A stretch of 64,000 nt of DNA from Syntrophales bacterium (GTDB lineage: Bacteria; Desulfobacterota; Syntrophia; Syntrophales; UBA4778): the NCBI GenBank assembly GCA_963665615.2, contig CAXXQE010000007.1:124001-188000 (forward strand). The letters run 5' to 3'. The notes beneath the pieces are model-generated. The model did no database searches, was not told where the DNA came from, and saw nothing but the letters and a program-made list of their open reading frames with translations. How positions within the stretch are numbered: the stretch's first letter is position 1; each line of letters begins with the position of its first letter. The position numbers were made by a program, and so were the translations under genes. Shown one piece after another: positions 21,209-30,468 of this stretch.

Positions 21209-21314
21209 CATTCGTTCATTTGTTAAGTGAAAGCAGCGGATTGCTTGCCATCTTCAACAGAAACTGCCGCGGCCGTTAAAAGAGCTCCGGCGTTCAGCGC
21301 GAAGGGTAAACATA

Positions 21315-22652
21315 ATGGAAAAAATCGGTCTTGGTCTCATCGGGTTTGGCAATATCGGAAGCGGCGTCGTCAAATTGTTGGAAGACAACCGGGAGTTGAT
21401 AAAAAAGCGTCTCGGCGCCTTGCTCGAAATAAGAAAAATCGCGGATCTCGACATCACCACCCCACGTCCTGTCTCTGTGCGCAAAGGAATTCTGACGACC
21501 GATGCGAAGGAAATTCTCAACGATCCGGACATTCATATTGTCATCGAACTGATGGGGGGCTACGAGCCCGCCAAGACCTTTGTTATGGAGGCAATGCGAC
21601 GCAAGAAGCACGTCGTGACCGCTAACAAGGCGTTGCTTGCGGCTTACGGCAACGATGTTTTTGCGGTTGCCGAAAAAGAAGGCGTCGATATCGGCTTCGA
21701 AGCGAGTGTCGGCGGAACGATCCCGATTATCAAAACCCTTAAAGAGGCGCTGGTCGCCAATTCGATCGACTCGATTGTAGGCATTATGAATGGCACCTCC
21801 AACTACATCCTGACCCGCATGACCGACGAGGGTAAGGATTTTGCCGAGGTTTTGAAGGAGGCGCAACGATTGGGTTTCGCCGAGGCGGACCCGACCTCCG
21901 ATATAGAGGGTATCGATACGGCAAATAAGCTCGCGATCCTCATCGCTCTGTCTTATAGCAAAAAAGTTGATCTGAACGAAATCTACCGCGAAGGCATTTC
22001 CGGCGTTGATCGCATGGATATCGAGTTTGCCAGAGAATTGGGCTATCGGATCAAGCTGTTGGCCATCGCAATCAAGCGCATGGGCGAGGGCAAGACAGCC
22101 GGACAGGAACGCATCGAGGCGCGTATTCATCCCACCATGATCCCGCAGGATCATCTGCTGGCCGGCGTTAACGGCAACTTCAACGCTTTTCACGTTGTCG
22201 GCGATGCAGCGGATACGATCTTCCTGTTCGGTCAGGGGGCGGGCATGATGCCGACGGCAAGTGCTGTGGTCAGCGATATCGTGGATATAGCTCGCAACAT
22301 TCTCACGAATTCATACCGAAGGGTCCCGTCACGCGCCCTGCGCGAGAAGACGCTGGAGGCGGTCCGGCTCTTCCCTATGGATGACATTAAAACAAATTAC
22401 TATTTCCGGTTCTCGGCGGTGGATTCCCCCGGTGTGCTGTCCAAGATTTCCGGGGTTCTCGGTGAAAACAACATCAGCATCGAAACGGTGATCCAGAAAG
22501 GCCGTCAACGCGAGGGGGCCGTGCCGCTGGTTATGATGACACATCTGTCCCGTGAAGCAGATGTACGCAAGGCGCTCAGGAAGATTGACCGTCTAGATAT
22601 CGTCCGTGGCAAAACCGTTTTGATTCGCGTCGAAGACGAGAGATTGAGATGA
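21315..22652 (+). CDS. hom: homoserine dehydrogenase with C-terminal ACT domain
   Basis: GFGNIGSG, VVTANKAL, FEASVGGTIP, NGTSNYIL, AEADP..DIEG.D, ACT domain (DSPGVLSKIS). Confidence 0.96.
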   Translation: MEKIGLGLIGFGNIGSGVVKLLEDNRELIKKRLGALLEIRKIADLDITTPRPVSVRKGILTTDAKEILNDPDIHIVIELMGGYEPAKTFVMEAMRRKKHVVTANKALLAAYGNDVFAVAEKEGVDIGFEASVGGTIPIIKTLKEALVANSIDSIVGIMNGTSNYILTRMTDEGKDFAEVLKEAQRLGFAEADPTSDIEGIDTANKLAILIALSYSKKVDLNEIYREGISGVDRMDIEFARELGYRIKLLAIAIKRMGEGKTAGQERIEARIHPTMIPQDHLLAGVNGNFNAFHVVGDAADTIFLFGQGAGMMPTASAVVSDIVDIARNILTNSYRRVPSRALREKTLEAVRLFPMDDIKTNYYFRFSAVDSPGVLSKISGVLGENNISIETVIQKGRQREGAVPLVMMTHLSREADVRKALRKIDRLDIVRGKTVLIRVEDERLR

Positions 22653-23875
22653 AATATCTGGTCCTGCTAGGGGACGGCATGGCCGACTACCCACTTGATG
22701 CGCTCGGCGGCAAGACCCCTCTAGAAGTCGCAAGTACGCCCAACATGGATGAGATCGCCCTCAAAGGCACATTGGGACTGATCGATACCGTTCCCGCCGG
22801 TTTTCTGCCCGGAAGTGATGTCGCCAATCTGTCGGTTCTTGGTTACGATCCTGAAATCTACTTTACGGGACGCGGTCCTCTTGAGGCGGCAAACATGGGG
22901 GTTCAATTGGGACCCGACGATGTTGCCTTCCGTTGCAACCTGGTCACACTCAACGCCGGCAATACCGTTATGGACGACTATTCGGCGGGTCATATCACCA
23001 CCGAAGATGCGATTCCCTTTGTCCATCTGCTCAACGAGGCGATCGGTTCCGAACAGTTTATCTTTTATCCCGGCATCAGTTACCGGCACCTGATGGTCTG
23101 GAAGGGCGGATACGATGTCATGCAGACCACGCCACCGCATGATATCGTTGATCAGCCGATCATGAGCTATTTCCCTGAGGGCGAAGGATCAGATGAGATC
23201 AAAGGGCTGATGACGCGCTCGATGGCGGTACTGAAGACGTGTCGCGAAAATCAGGAAAGAGTCGCACGGGGCATGAAGCCGGTGAGTTCCATCTGGCTGT
23301 GGGGACAGGGCAGGGCGCCCAGGATGACCCCGATTACAAAGAAGTTTTCTATTCGCGGCGGCATTATCTCCGCTGTGAATTTACTGAACGGCATCGGCCA
23401 TTACGCCGGCCTGGAGATCTTGTCGGTACCGGGAGCGACAGGTTACATTGATACGAATTACGTCGGCAAGGCGGAAAAGGCGTTAGAAGCGCTCCAAACA
23501 ATGGACTTCGTCTTTGTGCATGTCGAAGCGCCGGACGAGATGGGACACGAGGGAAACCTTGCAGGTAAAATCAGGGCGATCGAACTCTTTGACGAGAAGG
23601 TTGTGGGGACGGTTCTGAAGGCCTTTCCGAGTCTTGGGGATGCTCGACTTGCAGTGCTGAGCGATCACCCGACCCCCATAACCCTCAAGACGCATGTTTC
23701 TGATCCCAGCCCGTTTGCGGTGCTTTCGAATGATCCTGCCGAAAACCTCAGGAATGCGGCGCAGTATTCGGAACGGAACGCTGAAGGGACCGGTCTGGTC
23801 TTTTCGCCGGGACATTTGATGCTGGAGGCGTTCATCAACAACTGGAGACGGGCGATTGCAAAAGAACATCACTAA
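22649..23875 (+). CDS. apgM: cofactor-independent phosphoglycerate mutase family (archaeal-type ApgM / proposed homoserine kinase)
   Basis: GDGMAD, PGSDVAN, GRGPLEA, APDEMGH, SDHPTP; ATGA overlap with hom. Confidence 0.88.
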   Translation: MKYLVLLGDGMADYPLDALGGKTPLEVASTPNMDEIALKGTLGLIDTVPAGFLPGSDVANLSVLGYDPEIYFTGRGPLEAANMGVQLGPDDVAFRCNLVTLNAGNTVMDDYSAGHITTEDAIPFVHLLNEAIGSEQFIFYPGISYRHLMVWKGGYDVMQTTPPHDIVDQPIMSYFPEGEGSDEIKGLMTRSMAVLKTCRENQERVARGMKPVSSIWLWGQGRAPRMTPITKKFSIRGGIISAVNLLNGIGHYAGLEILSVPGATGYIDTNYVGKAEKALEALQTMDFVFVHVEAPDEMGHEGNLAGKIRAIELFDEKVVGTVLKAFPSLGDARLAVLSDHPTPITLKTHVSDPSPFAVLSNDPAENLRNAAQYSERNAEGTGLVFSPGHLMLEAFINNWRRAIAKEHH

Positions 23876-24260
23876 GATCCGCGTGATTTATGCGGACACC
23901 GATGCGATGGGCATCGTATATCACACCAACTACATCAAGTGGTTCGAGGTGGGACGCAACGAGTTCATGCGGGGAAACGATTTGAGGTACGCGGAAATCG
24001 AGCGGGCCGGCTTCTTTCTTCCGGCCACGGAAGTCGTTTGCCGCTTCCTGGCTTCTGCCAAATACGACGATGTCGTTCGAATCGAAACCTCGCTCGGTCA
24101 TTTCCGACGTGCGAATATCAGGTTCGAATACGAGATCTGGGACGAGAGCAGAAACACGCTTCTGTCCGAGGGGCATACCCTGCACAGCTTCGTCAAGGAC
24201 GGCAAAATCACCCGTCCGCCCGAGCAATTTGCTGCTAAACTCGCGGCGTTGATGGAATAA
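23856..24260 (+). CDS. acyl-CoA thioesterase (YbgC/4-HBT family)
   Basis: RVIYADTDAMGIVYHTNYIKWFEVGR signature; TTG start overlapping the end of apgM. Confidence 0.9.
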   Translation: MQKNITKIRVIYADTDAMGIVYHTNYIKWFEVGRNEFMRGNDLRYAEIERAGFFLPATEVVCRFLASAKYDDVVRIETSLGHFRRANIRFEYEIWDESRNTLLSEGHTLHSFVKDGKITRPPEQFAAKLAALME

Positions 24261-24273
24261 AAAATGAAGATTA

Positions 24274-24369
24274 GCCGGAGCAAGCTGCGGCAATCTCCGT
24301 TTCTTAGGCAGATTTTTAAACAGGGTGCGCTCGCTTCTCCCGCAGCAAGCTGCGAAGAATGCGCTCGCT
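24274..24369. repeat. REP-like composite palindromic element
   Basis: Two copies of a CGCAGC-AA-GCTGCG-type palindrome (24274..24291 with one mismatch; 24341..24354 perfect) and direct repeat TGCGCTCGCT at 24326 and 24360. Confidence 0.65.
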
Positions 24370-24403
24370 ACCGAATATAATCATGGTGTTCAGGAGAGAC
24401 GAT

Positions 24404-25084
24404 ATGTCAACATTATCCAAGAAGGAAGTCGAACAGCCGGACCGCTTTATGCTGATGATGACAACGTGCATGGACTACATACGGACGCACGAAAAAAAGA
24501 TCTTGATCGCCCTGGCGGTCGCGCTTGCCCTGATCGCCGTGGCGGTGGCGTGGTATCTGTACGACAAGAAACAGGAGACCGATGCCATGAAGCAGTACAA
24601 CGCGGCCTTTATGAAGGCGACCAACCTTGGAGAGGCAAATGCTTCCAAACCGGAGGATATCGTCAAGGCCTTTGAACTGATTGCCGAGAACCATCGGGGA
24701 ACCAGGGCGGCATGGCTGGCGCTTTATCAGCTCGCCACCGTGAATTTGAGAATGGGTAATACCGACAAGGCCATCGATTTATACAACCGTTTTATAGATG
24801 CATCGAGCAGACAAAGTGAACTCGTCGGGTATGCATACGGGAGCCTCGGTTATTGTTATGCCTCCAAGAAGAATTATGAAAAGGCCCTGGAGATGTTCCG
24901 CAAGGCCGTACAGGACAATGCCAAGAGCGCTTTCTCCGCCAATATTTATTATGAAATGGGCGGGGTTTGCGAGCTCCAAGGGAAAAAATCCGATGCCGTT
25001 AAGCACTATCAAAAAGCCCTGGAACAGAACCCACCACCGACGTTGACGGCACTGATCAAAAGAAAGATCGTCGAGCTGAGTTAG
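24404..25084 (+). CDS. membrane-anchored TPR protein (YfgM-like)
   Basis: RBS AGGAG; QPDRF N-terminal motif, single TM helix, multiple TPR units. Confidence 0.85.
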   Translation: MSTLSKKEVEQPDRFMLMMTTCMDYIRTHEKKILIALAVALALIAVAVAWYLYDKKQETDAMKQYNAAFMKATNLGEANASKPEDIVKAFELIAENHRGTRAAWLALYQLATVNLRMGNTDKAIDLYNRFIDASSRQSELVGYAYGSLGYCYASKKNYEKALEMFRKAVQDNAKSAFSANIYYEMGGVCELQGKKSDAVKHYQKALEQNPPPTLTALIKRKIVELS

Positions 25085-25105
25085 AGGAAAGGTTACAGAC
25101 AACGC

Positions 25106-26890
25106 ATGAAAGATATTATGTCAGGCAATGAAGCCATTGCCAGGGGTGCCTTCGAGTCCGGCGTCAAGTTCGGCGCGGCCTATCCCGGGACACCCAGCAC
25201 GGAGATTCTGGAGAATTTTGCGACCTACGAGGGCGTTTACGCCGAATGGTCTCCCAACGAAAAGGTCGCGCTGGAAGTTGCCATCGGGGCGGCTCTGGCG
25301 GGCGAGCGATCGATCGCGGTAATGAAGCACGTCGGGGTCAATGTGGCGGCCGATCCGCTCTTTACGGTGAGCTATACAGGAACCAATGGCGCGTTGATTA
25401 TCGTCACGGCCGACGACCCGTCGATGCACAGCTCCCAGAATGAGCAGGACAACCGTAACTACGCACGGTTTGCCAAGGTGCCGATGCTGGAGCCATCGGA
25501 TAGTCAGGAAGCGAAGGAATTTGTCGGCCTGGCAGTGGAAATCAGCGAGTCTTTCGCAACCCCTGTTTTTTTAAGGACAACGACGCGGCTGTCCCATTCA
25601 AAGTCGATCGTCGATATTGGCGATTCCGCTCCGGACGAAGACCGCACACGAATTGAATTCAACGCAAAGCGATTTGTGATGACCCCGATCAATGCCAGGA
25701 TCCGGCGGGTCGAGGTTGAAAAACGAATGGATCTTCTGAAGGATTACGCTGAGACCTGTGCGGTCAATCGCATCGAGATGAATGATCCGGAGGTCGGCAT
25801 TGTCGCGGCGGGCATGACATATAGCTATGCGAAAGAGGCCTTTCCGAACTACTCGTACCTGAAACTGGGCCTTGTCCACCCCCTGCCGGAGCGGATGATC
25901 CGCGACTTTGCCTCACGCGTGAAAAAACTCTACGTGGTTGAAGAGCTTGATCCCGTCATTGAAATGCAGGTTCGCGCTATGGGAATCGAGGTATCCGGCA
26001 AGGATGTTTTTCCGCTGATGAACGAATTCGACCCCGGCATCGTCCAGGCCGGAATAACGGGAGCGCCCGCCACGGGGTTGAACGCGCCCGCCATAGAACT
26101 CCCCCAGCGTCCGCCGAATCTCTGCCCGGGCTGTCCGCACCGCGGTCTGTTCTATGTTCTGAACAAGCTCAAGGTCTTCGTGACGGGTGACATCGGCTGC
26201 TACACGCTGTCCTATATGGAACCGCTGGCGGGTATACATTCCTGTATCTGCATGGGCGCCAGTATCGGCATGGCACATGGGATGAGCAAGGCCCTGAAGC
26301 AGAAAGGGCAGGGGAAGGTGGTCGGTGTCATTGGTGACTCGACCTTTGTTCACTCCGGCATCACGGGGCTGCTGAATATGGCCTATAATAAAAGCGATGC
26401 GGTCATCGTGATCTGCGACAATCGCACGACAGCTATGACGGGGATGCAGGAGCATCCAGGCACCGGGCGTACGCTTCAGGGAGAGTCCACAACGCAGCTC
26501 GACTTCGAAAAACTGGCTGTGGCCCTTGGCATTGGAAGCGTGCGGGTGGTTAATCCGAACAACATGAAAGAAGTCAGAATGGTTATGAAAGAGGAGCTGT
26601 CCAGAAGCGGGCCGTCACTCGTCATTTCCAGGGCCCCCTGCGTTCTGCTCAAGACGAAAAAGGCGGAGGCGAAGCCTGCCTTGATGGTCGATCAAAATAA
26701 GTGTACAGGCTGTCGCGCGTGTCTCGGTCTGGGGTGCCCTGCGATTTCCTGGAGAAAATGTCCGGCAGACGCAGGCGCCGCCGAGAAAAAAAGAGAAGGG
26801 GTTGCCAGCATTGATCCGGTATTGTGCGCGGGCTGCACGCTTTGCGCTCAACTGTGCGGCGTCAAGGCGATCCGAGAGAAGGAGAATTAA
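25106..26890 (+). CDS. iorA: indolepyruvate:ferredoxin oxidoreductase subunit alpha
   Basis: SGNEAIARGA, YPGTPSTEI, NEKVALE, MKHVGVNVAAD, CPGCPH, GDIGC, GDSTF.HSG, C-terminal 2x[4Fe-4S] ferredoxin. Confidence 0.95.
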   Translation: MKDIMSGNEAIARGAFESGVKFGAAYPGTPSTEILENFATYEGVYAEWSPNEKVALEVAIGAALAGERSIAVMKHVGVNVAADPLFTVSYTGTNGALIIVTADDPSMHSSQNEQDNRNYARFAKVPMLEPSDSQEAKEFVGLAVEISESFATPVFLRTTTRLSHSKSIVDIGDSAPDEDRTRIEFNAKRFVMTPINARIRRVEVEKRMDLLKDYAETCAVNRIEMNDPEVGIVAAGMTYSYAKEAFPNYSYLKLGLVHPLPERMIRDFASRVKKLYVVEELDPVIEMQVRAMGIEVSGKDVFPLMNEFDPGIVQAGITGAPATGLNAPAIELPQRPPNLCPGCPHRGLFYVLNKLKVFVTGDIGCYTLSYMEPLAGIHSCICMGASIGMAHGMSKALKQKGQGKVVGVIGDSTFVHSGITGLLNMAYNKSDAVIVICDNRTTAMTGMQEHPGTGRTLQGESTTQLDFEKLAVALGIGSVRVVNPNNMKEVRMVMKEELSRSGPSLVISRAPCVLLKTKKAEAKPALMVDQNKCTGCRACLGLGCPAISWRKCPADAGAAEKKREGVASIDPVLCAGCTLCAQLCGVKAIREKEN

Positions 26891-27475
26891 ATGTCGCCAG
26901 GCGTCAAAAGTATACTCCTTGCGGGGGTCGGCGGTCAGGGCGTTATCCGGGCAAGCGATATCATATCGAAGGCTCTGATGGCTTCCGGACTCGATGTCAA
27001 AAAGAGCGAAGTCCACGGCATGGCCCAACGTGGCGGTTGCGTCACCAGTCACGTGCGGTACGGCCGAAAGGTCTATTCACCGATCTCCAGCATTGGCAGC
27101 TTCGACATTCTGTTGTCTTTTGAGAAAATGGAGGCCCTGCGATATCTGAATCAACTCCGCCCGGATGCCGCTGTTATCATCAATAACGAAGAGATCTATC
27201 CGCCGTCTGTTAACCTGGGGACACAGGACTACCCTGAAGATGTGGAGGAAACCTTTAAGAAGTACTATCGCCGCGTCTTGTTAATCGACGGCCCCAGTCT
27301 GGCGGCAAAGGCTGGAAACAGAAAGGCCGTCAACAGCGTCATGATCGGCGCTTTATCCAGATACATGGATGAGGTGGACCTGACCATCTGGGAAAAAGTG
27401 ATCCGCGAAGATTTTCCCGAGAAACTCTCCAAGGTGAATCTGGAGGCCTTCCATCTAGGACGAATCAGCGGTTGA
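26891..27475 (+). CDS. iorB: indolepyruvate oxidoreductase subunit beta
   Basis: GVGGQG, SEVHGMAQRGG, NLEAF. Confidence 0.95.
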   Translation: MSPGVKSILLAGVGGQGVIRASDIISKALMASGLDVKKSEVHGMAQRGGCVTSHVRYGRKVYSPISSIGSFDILLSFEKMEALRYLNQLRPDAAVIINNEEIYPPSVNLGTQDYPEDVEETFKKYYRRVLLIDGPSLAAKAGNRKAVNSVMIGALSRYMDEVDLTIWEKVIREDFPEKLSKVNLEAFHLGRISG

Positions 27476-27499
27476 CAAACCGGAAAGAGAAAATAAAAT
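27472..27499 (+). promoter_or_regulatory. sigma-70-type promoter for the DnaJ-family gene
   Basis: TTGACA-16 bp-TAAAAT overlapping the iorB stop codon. Confidence 0.5.
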
Positions 27500-27526
27500 A
27501 AGCAGAAATATTGTAGCGGGTGATGA

Positions 27527-28471
27527 ATGTCCGAAGATTATTATAAAGAGCTTGGTGTCGAAAAGAATGCGAGTGCCGACGATATTAAAAAGGCCTATCG
27601 CAAGCTGGCGCTTAAGTATCACCCGGATCGAAATCCTGCCGATCGAAAAAAGGCCGAGGAACGTTTCAAGAAGATCAGCGAGGCATATGCTGTTCTGAGC
27701 GATCCGGAAAAACGCCAACAATACGACAACTTCGGTTCAGAATCTTTCAGCCGTCAGTATTCTCAGGAAGACATTTTCCGCGGTTTTGATCTGAATGAAA
27801 TTCTTCGCGAAATGGGGTTCGGAGGCGGAGGCTTCAGGACAACAGGCGGATTCGGAGGCAGGGGAGGGGCACGGCGGCGGACCTATTCCCAGCAGGGTGG
27901 TTCATTCGGCGATATATTTGGATCCCAGTATGGCGAGCCGATGTCGCAGCGAGGCGAGGATCTTCAGTACAAGCTCTCTATTCCTCTTGAAGATGTGCTG
28001 GAGGGTGCGGAGAAAAAGATCACCTTTAAGGTTGACGGCAAGAACGAAGAGGTCAAGGTGCGAATCCCTGCGGGCATTGCCTCGGGACAGAAGCTGCGGC
28101 TTGCAGGAAAAGGGCTGCCTGGTGCGCATGGAGGTCCGAACGGGGATATCTATTTGGAGGTTCAGATTCTGCAGCACGACCTCTTTACGCGCGACGGCGA
28201 TGATCTGACGATTGAGAAGACGATTTCTTTCTCGGGAGCCGCACTCGGTACGAGCATGGAAGTGCCGACACTGGATGGCGCGACAAAAAAAATAAAGATC
28301 CCCGCGGGTACCCAGGATCACACAAAGATTCGTATGAAGGGCTTCGGCATGCCCGTTTTCAAGGGATCCGGCCGGGGCGACCAGTACGTCCGCATCAACA
28401 TTCAGGTCCCCAAAAAGTTGACCTCCAAACAGGAAGACCTTCTTAAAAAACTCTCGGCAGAAGGGTTATAA
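27527..28471 (+). CDS. class B J-domain chaperone (CbpA-like, no zinc finger)
   Basis: J domain with HPD, G/F-rich linker, DnaJ C-terminal domain, no CxxCxGxG repeats. Confidence 0.92.
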   Translation: MSEDYYKELGVEKNASADDIKKAYRKLALKYHPDRNPADRKKAEERFKKISEAYAVLSDPEKRQQYDNFGSESFSRQYSQEDIFRGFDLNEILREMGFGGGGFRTTGGFGGRGGARRRTYSQQGGSFGDIFGSQYGEPMSQRGEDLQYKLSIPLEDVLEGAEKKITFKVDGKNEEVKVRIPAGIASGQKLRLAGKGLPGAHGGPNGDIYLEVQILQHDLFTRDGDDLTIEKTISFSGAALGTSMEVPTLDGATKKIKIPAGTQDHTKIRMKGFGMPVFKGSGRGDQYVRINIQVPKKLTSKQEDLLKKLSAEGL

Positions 28472-28478
28472 TCGCTCT

Positions 28479-29549
28479 CTATTCGTAACGGCGTGCGATA
28501 TCGTCCCCCCTCAATATCTTTAGAACAGCCGCTGCAATAACGAGTGCCTCCTGCTCCGGGTAGCATTTTACGGGAGCGATAAAGCTGCAGCGCTCTTCAA
28601 TCCATTTGATGGCATGCGGCGATTCAAGAATTTTTCCGGTCAGCACAATAGCATCAAGTTTTCCTTTAAGAACAGTTGACATTGAGCCGATATCTTTTGC
28701 TATTTGATAGCACATTGCCTCAAGATAGAAGCGCGCCTTCTCATCTCCGTCCAAAATCCTCCTTTCGACTTCCCCAATCCGATTGCAACCAAGATAAGCC
28801 ACCATGCCGCCCTGGCCTCGTAGCATTTTGAGAATCTGTTCACGCCCATACCTGGCAGAGAAGCACAGCTCAACGAGCGCTACCACGGGAACGGAACCGC
28901 TCCGCTCCGTTGTAAAAGGACCTTCCTCGAAAGCGCTGGTCACATCTACAAGCTGCCCGCCGTTAATCGCCGCAATAGACATCCCGCCTTCGAGGTGCGC
29001 AATAATGAGATTGACCTCATCGACGGACTTTTCAAGATCTTGCGCCGCAAGTAGCTTTATGCCTTCAATATTCTCCACATGATAAACCGGATAACGTTCT
29101 ATGTATGGAATGCCGGATATCCGAGCCATCGGTCCCAGCACGGCCGAGCGGTTATATGAAATAAAGGCCGGTATACTGAAGTCATCCGCAATGTCCTTGG
29201 CCAACATGCAACCAAGTCCTGAGGCATGCTCGACCTTCGCCATCATCGCCTCGACATCATCAATCATTTTTTGACTAACGATATACGCACCGCTCTCTAA
29301 CCCAATTTGATTAAGCGAAACCGGACTTCTGGCAACAACCGCGGAAAGGCTTCCTTTACGAATACGCCACTTTCTTAACTGCTCTTTTATTAAGGCACGC
29401 CGATAGGGGAGCTGGTCAACGATTCGCTGATATTTAGTTAACTCAGCAAAAGCGTGAATCATGCGGGTGCCTTGCACCTCGGCGCCATCCTCAAAAATTG
29501 CCAACTCGCTGCTGGTAGATCCCGGGTTAATCAATAATATTCGAATCAT
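28479..29549 (-). CDS. divergent butyrate kinase family protein
   Basis: ILLINPGSTS, EHAS.LG, ARISG, GPFTTERSG, GGMVAYLG, AMCYQIAKDIG; several canonical residues are replaced. Confidence 0.85.
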   Translation of the reverse strand: MIRILLINPGSTSSELAIFEDGAEVQGTRMIHAFAELTKYQRIVDQLPYRRALIKEQLRKWRIRKGSLSAVVARSPVSLNQIGLESGAYIVSQKMIDDVEAMMAKVEHASGLGCMLAKDIADDFSIPAFISYNRSAVLGPMARISGIPYIERYPVYHVENIEGIKLLAAQDLEKSVDEVNLIIAHLEGGMSIAAINGGQLVDVTSAFEEGPFTTERSGSVPVVALVELCFSARYGREQILKMLRGQGGMVAYLGCNRIGEVERRILDGDEKARFYLEAMCYQIAKDIGSMSTVLKGKLDAIVLTGKILESPHAIKWIEERCSFIAPVKCYPEQEALVIAAAVLKILRGDDIARRYE

Positions 29550-29675
29550 ATTTAATCTCGATTGCTTGTGGCGGATAGGGGCTATTGTGTGTATCGGTTC
29601 GAATGGGCCCCCTCGCATCATTACTATAACGTCTGATAAGATATGTTATGTAAACTTGAAACAAGGAAAAAGTTC

Positions 29676-30398
29676 TCAGCAAAAATCTATAGCGCCCCCC
29701 GCGGCTATTTTCCCCCCAAGAATCGCAACCACGCCCAAGATATCGTCCGTAAGATCCATTCCGAATAAAACAGCATCGCGAAGATCTCTTTCCGTTTTGA
29801 TTCTATTCCCGATCGCAGTTGCGGCCGCATCAGCCAGAATTGCAGACTTCGATTTTACACAAACGGCATCGGCCTTCCCCAAGCTGAGCGAGTGACCTAT
29901 TGTACCCGAAGACGTACAGATGCCCATTGGCATCTCTTCTTTTTTGATTCTGATGTTTACTTTATTGCTCAGCCGCGAGCTCCCCGCATATAGACCAACA
30001 ATAAGATCATCGAAAGTTTTCAAATAGTTATCTCCGCCATTTTCAACAATTACCTGACTTGTCAATTGCAGTAGTTCATTAGCCACATATTGGGAGATGG
30101 CGCCGGCTATGGCGGCCATTGGACCGACACCGACCAGTCTTGAGGACTCTATCATTTCTCGAATGATGCGTGGCGCAAACGGATCCTGACTGATTGGTGT
30201 CAATGAATCTTTAAATTCATTACGATGTAATATATATTCATTAAATAAATATCTATACTTATTTAATATAGTTAATGTTACAGATGAATAATCTTTGTCG
30301 GCGAGGATGAAGAGATCCGTTTCTTGTAGAACAACATTAAAAGAAATAAACCCTTCTTTTTTTATTTGGCTTCTGTAGGTTCGGGGTTCGTGCCACAT
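29676..30398 (-). CDS. UPF0280 family (ApbE-like) protein
   Basis: EPRTYR, ETDL, VGPMAAIAGAI, VENGGD, GICTSSGTIGHSLSLGKADA, LADAAATAIGN. Confidence 0.9.
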   Translation of the reverse strand: MWHEPRTYRSQIKKEGFISFNVVLQETDLFILADKDYSSVTLTILNKYRYLFNEYILHRNEFKDSLTPISQDPFAPRIIREMIESSRLVGVGPMAAIAGAISQYVANELLQLTSQVIVENGGDNYLKTFDDLIVGLYAGSSRLSNKVNIRIKKEEMPMGICTSSGTIGHSLSLGKADAVCVKSKSAILADAAATAIGNRIKTERDLRDAVLFGMDLTDDILGVVAILGGKIAAGGAIDFC

Positions 30399-30468
30399 AG
30401 ATCTTGAGATACGGCAGTTTCAAAATAAATATTCCAGGAGGCGCAGATGTACTCTTCCGGAGTGTTTG

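Noticed and set aside
21209..21314. Riboswitch or attenuator in the hom leader
   Set aside because: No SAM, lysine or T-box consensus, no Thr/Ile-rich leader peptide and no terminator recognised; an Rfam scan would settle it.
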